From positions 47,462-111,461 of IMG/VR virus record IMGVR_UViG_3300036859_000864: a stretch of DNA of 64,000 nucleotides; one strand, 5' to 3'. This DNA comes from a virus. The translations under genes and the position numbers were made by a program. Each line of letters starts with the position of its first letter. The stretch's first letter is position 1. Shown here piece by piece: positions 27,688 through 37,549 of the stretch. The notes beneath the pieces were generated by a model. It ran no database searches, was not told the origin of the DNA, and saw only the letters and a list, made by a program, of their open reading frames with translations.

Positions 27688-27945
27688 GAAAGATGACCGT
27701 CGAACAAGTACAGCACGCCATGAACTGCGCAGAACGCAATCACTACGTGGGGTACCGCGGCGCTGCCGGTGCGGCGTTGACGATCCCCATCTTTCAGGGA
27801 TCACGAGCGTTCACGTGGCGCGGCGAGGTTCGACTGCTGACCCCGTACGTGCCTCGTCATCCAAGAATCCGAGGAAGATTGCCCGCCCCCGGCGCGTAGA
27901 ATCTCTCAGTCTCAGAATAATCGTCGAAAGGCCCGGCATTCTCCC

Positions 27946-29457
27946 ATGACTGTTACCGTCAAAGATCTCTCCGCCGACCAGCTCGGGGCGTACAACACCA
28001 TCGTCGGTTGGATGAGGGCCAACGGCCCCGGCAGTGGTTCCGGTGTGCTCACGCTCGGCGGTTACGCCGGGAGCGGAAAGAGCACGCTCGTCAGCCTCAT
28101 CGCGGCGCAGGTCGAGCTCCCGGCGTTCTGCGCGTACACGGGCAAGGCCACGTCGATTCTTCGACGTAAGCTCAAGGCGGCGGGCACCGCGACCGTCGGC
28201 ACGCAGCCGCGCAGGGATGGGATGCAATCGGGGGACATGCGCCCCTACTGCGGGACGATCCACTCGCTCATCTATCGGCCGTGTGACTGTCGCGAGCCGA
28301 AGACCGTCGAAATCGCGAAGCCGTGCTCCGACGCCGACTGCGTAGGCGAGGTAGCGTGGAGTACGGATGAGGTCGACGGAAAGACGCAGTACATGTGCGC
28401 GAACGGCCACAGCGCGGATCTCACTGAGGAGACATTCGCGGCGCTCAAGCCGGCGAAGAAGTTCGTCTACGTGAAAAAGAATGAAGAGGGGCGCTGCGAG
28501 CTCTGCGGCGGCAAGGAATGGCTCCGCCGTGAGGTGCTCGATCGCAACTACGGTCTGATCATCGTGGACGAGGCGTCGATGGTCGACGACGCGATGCTCC
28601 GCGATCTCCGCAGCTACAACGTGCCGATCTTGGCGGTCGGCGACCACGGGCAGCTCCCGCCGGTCGGCGGCGTTGGCAGCCTCATGAAGGAGCCCAACCT
28701 TCGCCTCGAGAGGATCCACCGTCAGGCTGAGGGGAACCCGATCATTGCACTCAGCAAGTTGATTCGTGAGGACGGCAAGCTCCCCGAGAAAATGGACGGG
28801 GATGCCGTGACCTTCGAGAAGCTCCGTTTCATGGATCAGCTCATCGAGTCCCGCTACGAAAACGCTTCCCCCGCGCGGCTGCTCGAGATGGGCCTCGCCT
28901 GCTACACGAACCGCCGGCGCGTCGGCCTGAACGTCGCCGTCCGCCGAGCGCGGGGCACGGCGCGCGTCGGCCGTGAGCTCCCCCGCAAGGGCGAGCACGT
29001 CATCTGTCTCCGCAACATGAAGGCCGAAGGCGGGCGTCCGCCGGTGGCGAACGGCATGCGCGGCGTGCTCCAGAGCGATGTCGAGTTCAAGCAGAACTTC
29101 AACTACCGTGGCGAGAAGCTCAACGTGAGCGAGACGCAGGTCGCCGGCTCGATCGCGTTCCCCGAGGACGATATCGCAACGCACCAGTACACGATGCTCG
29201 CGGCGCAGTTCTGTCGCGAGAAGACGTTCTCGAGCCCCGAGGAACTCGCGAAGGAGACGGGCATCCACTCATTCTCGTCCGCCGGCGCGCTCTTTGATTT
29301 CGGCTATGCGATGACCGTGCACAAGATGCAAGGCAGCCAGTTCGACGATCTGGTGGTCGTCGCCGAGCGCCCCGGGCCCGTCGGCACGGAAGACTGGCGC
29401 CGCTGGCTGTACACCGCCGTGACGCGCGCATCTCACAGATTGACGGTGCTCCGGTGA
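27946..29457 (+). CDS. Dda/RecD-like SF1B helicase with Zn-finger insertion
   Basis: GYAGSGKS (Walker A), YTGKA, TIHSLIY, IIVDEASMV, VGDHGQLPPV, L..IHRQ, YAMTVHKMQGSQF, WLYTAVTRA. Confidence 0.93.
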   Translation: MTVTVKDLSADQLGAYNTIVGWMRANGPGSGSGVLTLGGYAGSGKSTLVSLIAAQVELPAFCAYTGKATSILRRKLKAAGTATVGTQPRRDGMQSGDMRPYCGTIHSLIYRPCDCREPKTVEIAKPCSDADCVGEVAWSTDEVDGKTQYMCANGHSADLTEETFAALKPAKKFVYVKKNEEGRCELCGGKEWLRREVLDRNYGLIIVDEASMVDDAMLRDLRSYNVPILAVGDHGQLPPVGGVGSLMKEPNLRLERIHRQAEGNPIIALSKLIREDGKLPEKMDGDAVTFEKLRFMDQLIESRYENASPARLLEMGLACYTNRRRVGLNVAVRRARGTARVGRELPRKGEHVICLRNMKAEGGRPPVANGMRGVLQSDVEFKQNFNYRGEKLNVSETQVAGSIAFPEDDIATHQYTMLAAQFCREKTFSSPEELAKETGIHSFSSAGALFDFGYAMTVHKMQGSQFDDLVVVAERPGPVGTEDWRRWLYTAVTRASHRLTVLR

Positions 29458-29825
29458 ACGGGCGCGCCCTCCGAGGGCGCCTCGTCACGAACGACGAGGC
29501 GGTTCAAGCGAAGGGGCAGCACCGGCGCCCTTGCTCGGACTGCCCTTGGGCGCGCGCGTCGCTCAACGGGTGGCTCGGCACCGCCACGCCGGAGGAGTGG
29601 GTTCAAACAGCCCACGGCGAGGCGCGCATCGAGTGCCACACGAAGAAGGGCGCGCAGTGCGCAGGCGCCGCCATCTACCGCGCGAACGTCTGCAAGTCGC
29701 CGCGCGATCAGACGCTCCTTCGGCTCGAGAGTGACAAGACGCGGGTGTTCGCGGCGCCGAGCGAGTTCCTCGAGCACCATCACGCACCGCCGACGGCCAG
29801 GAAGAGGCTGAAGGTGTTGCGATGA
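29454..29825 (+). CDS. DUF6283-like Cys-rich protein
   Basis: PCSDCPW...ECH....QCAGA. Confidence 0.55.
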   Translation: MNGRALRGRLVTNDEAVQAKGQHRRPCSDCPWARASLNGWLGTATPEEWVQTAHGEARIECHTKKGAQCAGAAIYRANVCKSPRDQTLLRLESDKTRVFAAPSEFLEHHHAPPTARKRLKVLR

Positions 29826-30036
29826 CATCCAAGACGAACGCCGAAAACGAGAAATTGGATGAGGCCCGCAAAGACGCGATCGTATGTGCCGTTGCCGATG
29901 CTTGGGCGTGTATGCCGTCTCTGATCCGAAATTCCATACGCCATCTACTCGGCTCCGACGTCGATTCACTACCGGACGCGCTCGATCGTCTAGAAGGCAT
30001 CACTCGATCGAACTTGGGCCGAAAGTTCAAATCACG

Positions 30037-30327
30037 ATGACACACGACGACGAGAAAACCGTGCCGTGCGAGACGTGCGGGTTGGACACGACGAAAACGG
30101 GCACCAAGCGCTGCGATTGGTGTTGGACGGTCGAGAATCTTCTCGACGGCTACCTTCAACGGGGCGGACGAAACGCGCAGAATGTGCTCGTTAACGCTCT
30201 CTCACGCGCAGGCGCGACGACCGTTCGAGAGGCGCAAGTTCGAGCGGTCCAGTTCGTACGGAATCTGACGCCGGTGAGCATCGATAGAGTCACCGGCGAT
30301 TTGCGCGACGGGAAGGTGCACCTGTGA
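30037..30327 (+). CDS. Zn-finger protein
   Basis: CETCG...TKRCDWCW. Confidence 0.5.
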   Translation: MTHDDEKTVPCETCGLDTTKTGTKRCDWCWTVENLLDGYLQRGGRNAQNVLVNALSRAGATTVREAQVRAVQFVRNLTPVSIDRVTGDLRDGKVHL

Positions 30328-30490
30328 GGGCCTCCCTTCTTGCCGAGCTGTCGGATCTGTTCTTGCGCGAAGCGAGCCGTGCGCTCAAACGCAGCGACTT
30401 CGACGAGTCCGAACGTCTTTGGGATATCTCGGACGAGCTACACCAGCGCAAGGTTGATACCGAGCGCGCCGAAGCGGGGAGGCCAGTTCA

Positions 30491-31210
30491 ATGACGGGCA
30501 TTGAAAACGAATCGGGTGTGCGGTTGCGCGACGTGTCGATCTCCGTTTCGTTCCCGGAGATGCGAATCGATACGGAGGCGGAGCATGGACGTTACGTGCG
30601 TGCGGTAAATGTAACGGTCTACACCGAAGACGATGATGACGGTCGGACTGTTCTAGGTTACCTAGAGTGCCTTCTATTCGATGCTGAAAGCGCCGATGCC
30701 GATGAGAAGACTATGTGGAGCGAGGCCGATTCCGACTCCGAATCCGCCGAGTTCCATGAGTTTCTTTTCTCTCGCTTGGATTTTATACGAGGCCGTATTC
30801 TTCATCGAATATCGCCAGAAGATTACGTCGACGACGATGATGCGGAAATGTGCGATAGCTGGGAGCTCTGCAACGTCTTGGCTGTCAACGGTGGATGGTG
30901 GGTGTGCCGTCCGGATGTTTTAGCGCATGTGATACGTCATCTGTTACGCTCGATCAAATTCAGCTTCGTGTGTATCGATACGGCGCACATTCGTACCGTC
31001 AGGTGCATCGATTGGCGCAGCGTCGACGCGCCGAAAACGCCGATTAGATTGTGCGAACCTTTCAAGAAGATCGTGTGGAGCGAAACGGCAAATCTCGCGG
31101 ACGGCCTTCAAGATCGTTTTTTCTGGATCGCCGCGCTGTTTGGCGACCGTGAATGTGACTTGCCAGAGATGTGCGACGACGAAAGAGTCCAGATTGGAGC
31201 GTTGAATTGA
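30491..31210 (+). CDS. acidic hypothetical protein with atypical, more AT-rich codon usage
   Basis: 239-aa ORF coupled to the SNF2 gene. Confidence 0.55.
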   Translation: MTGIENESGVRLRDVSISVSFPEMRIDTEAEHGRYVRAVNVTVYTEDDDDGRTVLGYLECLLFDAESADADEKTMWSEADSDSESAEFHEFLFSRLDFIRGRILHRISPEDYVDDDDAEMCDSWELCNVLAVNGGWWVCRPDVLAHVIRHLLRSIKFSFVCIDTAHIRTVRCIDWRSVDAPKTPIRLCEPFKKIVWSETANLADGLQDRFFWIAALFGDRECDLPEMCDDERVQIGALN

Positions 31211-32853
31211 TGGCCGGCTTTCGCATCCGTCAAATCGAGAACTCGGCGCTCTGGTCGATCGGCGCGGGCTATTACAGCCCCAAGCTCAATCAGGTCGCTA
31301 GAACCGTTCCCGGTGTGACCTTCGACGTGAAGCGCAAGGCGCACGTCGGGTACATCGACGGCATCGAGCAGGTCGCGCTCCGATTGCGCGAGCTCAACTT
31401 GAACACGGACGACCCGCCCGCGAACAGGCGGAAGTGGCCTCACAATCTGCCCGTCTCGTACGACAGCGCGCGCGAGTACCAGAAGGAGGGGATCGATTTT
31501 CTCGTCAATCAGGCGGGCTCTGGGGCGCTGCTCTGCGACGACATGGGCATCGGCAAATCGTTCCAGACCGTCAAGGCGGTGCGTGCCTTCAGACGAAAGA
31601 CGATCATCGTGTGCGAAGCCCACGTTCGAGGGGTGTGGGAGCGTTCGCCGGAGCTCGACGACAAGGGCGGCGAGCTCGCGAAGTGGTGGCCGAAGGCGGA
31701 GGTGTTCAAGCCGTACGGGGTCAAGCCGTCACCGGTGCCGCCGAAGGCCGACGTCGCCGTGATCCACTACGACATCATTTACGCTTGGGTCGACGCGCTG
31801 CTCGAGTGGTCGAAGGGTGACCTGACGATCGTCTTCGACGAGTTTCAGGTACTCCTCAACCCAACCAGCAGGCGATCCATCGCGTGCCGTACGCTGGCAC
31901 ACACCGCGAAGGGTCGAATCGGACTGAGCGGCACGCCGCCGGTCGACAAGATCAAAAATCTGCACAACGCCGTCGATACGATCTGCCCGGGGCGCTTCGG
32001 AGAGTTCTTCCCGTTTTGCATGCGCTACGCGGACGCACAGCAGAAGGAGGTCGACGGGCCTGAGAAGACGAAGAAGATCGTGTGGGATTTCTCGGGGAGA
32101 TCCAACACTAAGGAGCTCCGTCAACGTCTCGATTGGTTCTGCCTCCGACGCACGAAACGGGAGGTCATGAAAGAACTTCCGGCGCTGCAACGGCAGATCG
32201 TCGACGTCGAGGTGCCGGCGAAGCACCGCATCGCGATGAACGCGCGACTGGTCGGCGACCAGCGCCAGATGCGCATGGCGCTTGATAGTGCCGCGGATGG
32301 GAAGTTCAAGAGCGTCATCGAGTTGATCCGTGGGCATCTCGAGGCCGGACAGCGGGTCGTCGTCGGAACCTTCCGTCGGGCAGTCTGCGAGCGCATCGCC
32401 GACGTCATCGGTGAGTACGCGCCCACGCAGTTCATCCACGGCGGTGTGTCGCTCACACGGCGCAACAAGATCGTCGCCGATCTCCACCGCACGGAAGGGC
32501 CGGTGTGTCTCGTCGCGAACATCGATAGCACCAAGACGGGCATCGATTTCACGTTCGCGAACGTGGGCGTCTTCGCCGAGCTCGTGTGGGAGCCGCACGA
32601 GTTGGCGCAGTGGGAGGCACGCGCGCATCGCTTCGGCGCATCCCTCAAAGAGCCCGTGCTCATGCAGTACGTCATCGCGCGCGGCACCGGCGACGAGCTC
32701 ATCCTTCACGCCGTCATCAACAAGCTCGACAACTTCCTCGATCTAGTCGAGACCGACGCCGGCGACGGGCTCAAGGAAGCGCTCGCTGGCAAGAAGGACG
32801 AGGGCCTCTCGAGGCTCGCTGCCGCACTCAAGAAGATGGGGAAGAGCCGATGA
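31210..32853 (+). CDS. SNF2-family (SMARCAL1/HARP-like) helicase
   Basis: REYQKEG, LCDDMGIGKS, VFDEFQ, LSGTP, LRRTK, TGIDFT, QWEARAHRFG; start ATG 31210. Confidence 0.9.
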   Translation: MAGFRIRQIENSALWSIGAGYYSPKLNQVARTVPGVTFDVKRKAHVGYIDGIEQVALRLRELNLNTDDPPANRRKWPHNLPVSYDSAREYQKEGIDFLVNQAGSGALLCDDMGIGKSFQTVKAVRAFRRKTIIVCEAHVRGVWERSPELDDKGGELAKWWPKAEVFKPYGVKPSPVPPKADVAVIHYDIIYAWVDALLEWSKGDLTIVFDEFQVLLNPTSRRSIACRTLAHTAKGRIGLSGTPPVDKIKNLHNAVDTICPGRFGEFFPFCMRYADAQQKEVDGPEKTKKIVWDFSGRSNTKELRQRLDWFCLRRTKREVMKELPALQRQIVDVEVPAKHRIAMNARLVGDQRQMRMALDSAADGKFKSVIELIRGHLEAGQRVVVGTFRRAVCERIADVIGEYAPTQFIHGGVSLTRRNKIVADLHRTEGPVCLVANIDSTKTGIDFTFANVGVFAELVWEPHELAQWEARAHRFGASLKEPVLMQYVIARGTGDELILHAVINKLDNFLDLVETDAGDGLKEALAGKKDEGLSRLAAALKKMGKSR

Positions 32854-33086
32854 GCTTTCGCGACAAGACGCTGGGCGAGCTGTTCCCGAACGCGGTAGGG
32901 GCGTTGGCCGCGGACATTCATGCTCGGAGTGCTACTCGTGACTGTCGTAGTGACGGGCGGGATCCTCGTGAGCTCCGTGGTGTTTTTGGGCGTCTACGGA
33001 CCCGTGTGCCTCAGCATCGGAGCCTTGATCTACGCCATAGGCGCTGCGGTGTACGGCGATCTCCAAGATCTGAAACGGAAGAAACC

Positions 33087-33341
33087 ATGAGCGAGAAAAA
33101 CACCGCGACCGTCTACACCATTCGCGTGAACATGACGCCGATGAGTGCTTCCACACGCATCAACGTGGAGGGCTCGACGATCAAGAGCTACTACATGAAC
33201 GAGGTGGTGGCGTCGGAGGCCGTGATCTCGGCTCTGGCTGCCGTAGCCCAGCGCATCGCACGCAAAGAGATCGACGCCGGCGACGGCTTCACCGTCAAAG
33301 TGGAGTTCGTGACGGTACCGCCCGACAAGGAGAAACCGTGA
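33087..33341 (+). CDS. hypothetical protein
   Basis: Start re-assigned to MSEKN. Confidence 0.45.
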   Translation: MSEKNTATVYTIRVNMTPMSASTRINVEGSTIKSYYMNEVVASEAVISALAAVAQRIARKEIDAGDGFTVKVEFVTVPPDKEKP

Positions 33342-33598
33342 GACGATCATTCGCAAAGTTCACCGAGCGGCTCGAAGAGATCGATCTTCGCCGCGGTGTC
33401 GAGTCGCGCTCCGTGAAAATGCACGTCACGCTGCGTGAGCTCTACGAGGGAGAGGGGCGAGAAACTTCGATCGCCACTGCCCGGCGTGTCGTCTACCTGT
33501 GGCTCGTGGGGGAGGGCAAAGGTATCAACGAAATCGCCAGGCTCTTCGATCGAGCTCCGAGCGGCGTGAGCAAACTGATGCGAGAGAAAGGAGCCTGA
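33338..33598 (+). CDS. DnaA C-terminal-like HTH protein
   Basis: VTLREL....R...IATARRVV.L.L......NEIARLFDR..SGV. Confidence 0.6.
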   Translation: MRRSFAKFTERLEEIDLRRGVESRSVKMHVTLRELYEGEGRETSIATARRVVYLWLVGEGKGINEIARLFDRAPSGVSKLMREKGA

Positions 33599-33601
33599 CA
33601 G

Positions 33602-33838
33602 ATGCCGGAAGTGACACACATCGAAGGGCGATTGCTCCGTCCGATAGCGTGCTCTTGCGTGTACCAGTGCCGAAGCCGCGAGGAGATGCGTATGCGTCAC
33701 GGCGACCCGGAGCAATTTGCCGACTCACTGGCCAACGCGCTCGGAGAGATCTCGTTCGAAGAGGCCGAACGCGCGAATCTTAAGTACCGAGAGGAGTGGG
33801 CGAACGCTCCGGAAAAAACGGAGGTCGACAAATCATGA
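33602..33838 (+). CDS. hypothetical protein
   Basis: AAGGAG RBS. Confidence 0.5.
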   Translation: MPEVTHIEGRLLRPIACSCVYQCRSREEMRMRHGDPEQFADSLANALGEISFEEAERANLKYREEWANAPEKTEVDKS

Positions 33839-34125
33839 AGCCAGGCATGTTCGTGTGGCGAAAAAGCGGACGCGCATGGGTTGCGGACATCGGCAAGCTG
33901 TCGCTGATCGTGAACGAGCGTGGCAGTTTGAAAACCGGTCTTCGTTGGCGCGTCGTTTCTATTTTCGGGGCTCAGTCCTTCAAAATGGGCGGCACGCAAT
34001 GGCGTGACAGGCTCGAGGATGCGCTCCTCGAAGCTGAAAGTTACGCGGTGGCGGTAGGGATCCCCGCCCTCCGCAAATTAGGAGAGGCCACAGCGGCGCG
34101 CAGCGTACTGCGAGATTCGCGATGA
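33835..34125 (+). CDS. hypothetical protein
   Basis: GGAGG RBS, ATGA coupling. Confidence 0.45.
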   Translation: MKPGMFVWRKSGRAWVADIGKLSLIVNERGSLKTGLRWRVVSIFGAQSFKMGGTQWRDRLEDALLEAESYAVAVGIPALRKLGEATAARSVLRDSR

Positions 34126-34796
34126 GAAACTCCAAGCCGGGCACTATCCTGACGTACGAGCAGGTCGTCACGGCGCTCCGTGAGGCCAAGCGGCTCGGGG
34201 ACTGCGTACCCGAAGACATCGAGGGCACCGCGCGCGCCATCATCGACGGACGTTTGCAGAAGCCCTACCACGTTGTGGTTCGCATGCCAGAACCTCAGCC
34301 GAGCGACAGCGTTCGTCTGGAAGACACGATCGACGCACTGAAAACGTTCACTCTCGGCTCTTGGGGTGCGAAGAGCGCCGTCGTGCGTCAGGAGACTGAA
34401 AAAGTGATCGCCGGGTCGCGGCCGGAAGAGTTCGCCGGCGCCATCGGCGATTGGGTGGCGGCGCATTTCCAGTTCATGCGCGATCCGGCTCTGGCCGAGG
34501 TAGTGCCGACCCCAGAGTGGATGATGACTCAAATCGCTGCGTGCGGTCATTGCCTAGCCGACGGAGACGACGTAGCTGTTCTCGTTGCGGCAATGTGCTT
34601 GTCGGTCGGACTGGAAACACAGTTCGTGGCCGTAGGTTTCGACGGGAAGCCGCCCTCGCACGTCTTCACTCGCGTAAAAAAGCCGACGGGCTTGGATTTG
34701 TGGATCGCCATCGATCCGATCGCCGGGAAGCGATTCGAAGAGTTTTCCAAGCGCGTGACCGATTCGCGCATCTTTCCGATCGAGGAGGGCTCATGA
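34122..34796 (+). CDS. transglutaminase-like protein, probably catalytically inactive
   Basis: F.RDP...E....P...ADGDD (Cys->Gly versus GDCDD), HVF, W..IDP. Confidence 0.75.
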   Translation: MRNSKPGTILTYEQVVTALREAKRLGDCVPEDIEGTARAIIDGRLQKPYHVVVRMPEPQPSDSVRLEDTIDALKTFTLGSWGAKSAVVRQETEKVIAGSRPEEFAGAIGDWVAAHFQFMRDPALAEVVPTPEWMMTQIAACGHCLADGDDVAVLVAAMCLSVGLETQFVAVGFDGKPPSHVFTRVKKPTGLDLWIAIDPIAGKRFEEFSKRVTDSRIFPIEEGS

Positions 34797-35194
34797 CCGA
34801 CGAAGACGAGATCATCCAAGCTGTCGCGGAACTTCTCCACGAGTCTCGAGAAGACGAGTACACGGACATTCGACGCAGCTTTTGGATCAATGGACGTTGC
34901 GAGCATTGCGGGAAACCGCGTGCTGACAGCAATGCGCTCCAATGTGAAAGCTGCGGCGGGGCGACCGTAAGCCGAAGCAACACCTCTCCCGGCAAGAAAG
35001 TGCGCGCGCCGATCGCACAGTGGTGGGATATCGTACCTCCAGGTGACGGCGCCGCATTCCCGATACTCGTCGTGGCCAACCGCGTCGCTTTGGCTTGGGC
35101 TACGTGCGGGCTCTTTTCGGTCTTCGATCGATGGGATGACGCGCGGAAGGCGCTCGAGGAGCACAAGTTCGTGTGCACGAAGGCGCCGCCGTGA
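34793..35194 (+). CDS. Zn-ribbon protein
   Basis: CEHCG...CESCGG. Confidence 0.5.
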   Translation: MTDEDEIIQAVAELLHESREDEYTDIRRSFWINGRCEHCGKPRADSNALQCESCGGATVSRSNTSPGKKVRAPIAQWWDIVPPGDGAAFPILVVANRVALAWATCGLFSVFDRWDDARKALEEHKFVCTKAPP

Positions 35195-35565
35195 GCCACA
35201 CCTGCCACGCGCCTGACTGCAAGGAGCTCGTGCCGCAACGCATGTTCGCGTGCCGTTGGCATTGGAGCCGGCTCCCTAGCAAAGTCATGGACGCGATCTG
35301 GCGCGAGTACACCGAGGGGCAAGAGATCAGCAAGACCCCGAGCCGGCGCTACATGGCCGTACAGCAGCTCGCGTGCGCCTACCTCGTGTTCAAGCCGAAC
35401 AACGCGAAGGCAGTGCTCAAGGCGCTGCCATACATCGCGAAGGCGTTCGAGCACTCCAAGAAGTGCATCGCAGAGGGGCTCGGTGACCCGCTCGAGGGGC
35501 TCATCCCGAAAGAGTGGCCGACGAAGACGGTAGTGAAAGCGCACGCGAAAGCGAAGAGGCTGTGA
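35191..35565 (+). CDS. phage-type Zn-finger protein
   Basis: HTCHAPDC...VP..MFAC..HW..LP......IW. Confidence 0.6.
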   Translation: MSHTCHAPDCKELVPQRMFACRWHWSRLPSKVMDAIWREYTEGQEISKTPSRRYMAVQQLACAYLVFKPNNAKAVLKALPYIAKAFEHSKKCIAEGLGDPLEGLIPKEWPTKTVVKAHAKAKRL

Positions 35566-35873
35566 AAGTCCACTTGCTTCACTACAAGTACGACCCGGCG
35601 CATCTCGCCGACGTGACAGACGAGATGCGACGCCGCGGTGCGCCGCGAATTCGAGCGACTTTGCACGACGGGCAATGGTTCGCCCACGAAGGCTGCCATC
35701 GGCTACGGGCCGCCCTCGCCCTCGGCGTGGCACCAGTCATGATCCCGACCCCGTGGAAGAAATCACGCGCTGCTCTCGTCAGAGCAACGTTGCGCCGCGG
35801 GGCGCTTCTATTTCGGACAGTGGAGATGTCACGCGACTCCGGCGTCGACATCACCGAGGAGTTCCTACCGTGA
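35562..35873 (+). CDS. ParB/Srx-like small protein
   Basis: HL..V..EM...GAP.IRA......A.EGCHRLRAA..LG. Confidence 0.6.
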   Translation: MKVHLLHYKYDPAHLADVTDEMRRRGAPRIRATLHDGQWFAHEGCHRLRAALALGVAPVMIPTPWKKSRAALVRATLRRGALLFRTVEMSRDSGVDITEEFLP

Positions 35874-36066
35874 CGCGAAAAGTAGTTCAAATAGCTGTAG
35901 CGCAATCGGCAACCACAGAGAGCTACAGCGAGGCTCTCTACGCACTGGATTCTGACGGAACGATATGGGAATGGCGCCCGGCCCAATCGGACATGACTTC
36001 GGGGTGGTGCGCTCTAGATAACCCGTGGGACGATCCACCGACGAAGACGAAAAAGAAGAGGGCGGT

Positions 36067-36888
36067 ATGATCGCCCATCCGTTCATCAAATTCGTCGGTG
36101 GGAAGACCGCACTCTTGCCGGAGATCCTTGCCAGGCTCCCGAAGAAGATCAACACCTACTACGAGCCGTTCGTCGGCGGAGGTGCTGTTTTCTTCGCGCT
36201 CGCGGCGGAGGGGCGTTTCAAGCGGGCCGTCATCGGGGACGCGAACGAGGAGCTCATCCGTACGTACCGGGCACTCGCACGCAACGTCGACGTCGTCGTG
36301 CAGCACCTCAAGAAGCACGTCTACGAAGAGGAGCACTACTACTTCGTGCGCGCGAAGAACCCGCGGATACTCAGCGATGCCGTCGCAGCGGCGCGGTTCA
36401 TCTACCTGAACCGCACGTGCTTCAACGGGCTCTACCGCGTGAACAAGAAGGGGCTGTTCAACGTACCCTTCGGCAGCTACACGAACCCGACGATCTGCGA
36501 CGAGGAGAACTTGCGGGCGGTGTCGAAGGTGTTGCGGGAGACGGAGATCGTCTCGGCGGGTTTCCAAGCGACGACCGAGCTCGCGAAGCGCGGCGACGTG
36601 GTGTACTGCGACCCCCCGTACATTCCTGTCTCTGTTACCGCCAACTTCACGACCTACACCAAAGGGGGCTTCGATCTAGTCGATCAAGCACGTCTTCGAG
36701 ATTTCGCAGCGGATCTCGACAAGCGCGGTGTTCGTGTCTTGCTCTCGAATGCCGATACGCCTGTCGTGCGCAAACTCTACCGAGGTTTCAAGATCGAGGA
36801 GGTTCAAGCTCCTCGTCGAGTGAACTCGAAAGCCAGCAAGCGCGGGAATGTCGGGGAGCTTCTCATTTCCGGAAAGCATTCAAAGTGA
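36067..36888 (+). CDS. dam: DNA adenine methyltransferase (Dam/D12 family)
   Basis: KFVGGK, YYEPFVGGGAVF, AARFIYLNRTCFNGLYRVN, VYCDPPY, LLSN. Confidence 0.93.
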   Translation: MIAHPFIKFVGGKTALLPEILARLPKKINTYYEPFVGGGAVFFALAAEGRFKRAVIGDANEELIRTYRALARNVDVVVQHLKKHVYEEEHYYFVRAKNPRILSDAVAAARFIYLNRTCFNGLYRVNKKGLFNVPFGSYTNPTICDEENLRAVSKVLRETEIVSAGFQATTELAKRGDVVYCDPPYIPVSVTANFTTYTKGGFDLVDQARLRDFAADLDKRGVRVLLSNADTPVVRKLYRGFKIEEVQAPRRVNSKASKRGNVGELLISGKHSK

Positions 36889-37003
36889 TCCAAGCCGTCG
36901 TGATTGTCGGCGGCTTCTTGCTCGCAGGATGGCTCGAACGTTGGTTCGAGCGTCGTGCGCGCGTACGCGCAAGAACGAAAGCACGTCTACCTAGGAGAGT
37001 CGG

Positions 37004-37342
37004 ATGAGCATTCCGTTTTCAGATCGTAGCGACAATCATTTCACACGCACGTCTCAAGAGCGTGATCGGGCACTTCTCCCCGAGCCTGTACAAGAGCTCC
37101 TTCGGGGGCTCTTTGAGAAGCGCGACCAACTCGCGAAAGATGAAGTCGAGATCGAAGCGGCCATCGAGCGGGAACTCACGAAGCGAGACGCGGAGCTAAA
37201 AGCCCCTACACCTCATAGGTGGTCGACCGGCAGCCGCACGTGCGACAACTGTGGAAGAGACTACGATTGGAGCCACGAGGCTTGCAGCACGCCGCTTCCG
37301 CTCAACGATGCGCGTCGTCAGAGGGTTGTGTCGCAGCCGTGA
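37004..37342 (+). CDS. coiled-coil/Zn-finger hypothetical protein
   Basis: AGGAG RBS; H.W......CDNCG. Confidence 0.45.
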   Translation: MSIPFSDRSDNHFTRTSQERDRALLPEPVQELLRGLFEKRDQLAKDEVEIEAAIERELTKRDAELKAPTPHRWSTGSRTCDNCGRDYDWSHEACSTPLPLNDARRQRVVSQP

Positions 37343-37549
37343 AGCAACGACCTCCATGCCCAAACTGCAAAGGCGAAAAAGTCATCCGATGCGGTCTGCT
37401 GCACCCGGATGGTACGTTCGAGGACAGCATGCCTCCGATCGAGTGCCCCGACTGTCTCGGCACCGGCAAGGACTATCGATCTCGTACCGATGAGCAACCG
37501 CTCAACGGTTCTTGCAAACCGACTGAAGTGAAAAGGATCGAGGAATCTC

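Noticed and set aside
28270-28550. Helicase insertion as an intein
   Set aside because: No C-terminal HN followed by C/S/T, and too short; Cys pattern fits Zn binding
27811-29268. 485-aa minus-strand ORF
   Set aside because: Antisense shadow of the Dda/RecD-like helicase, typical of high-GC coding DNA
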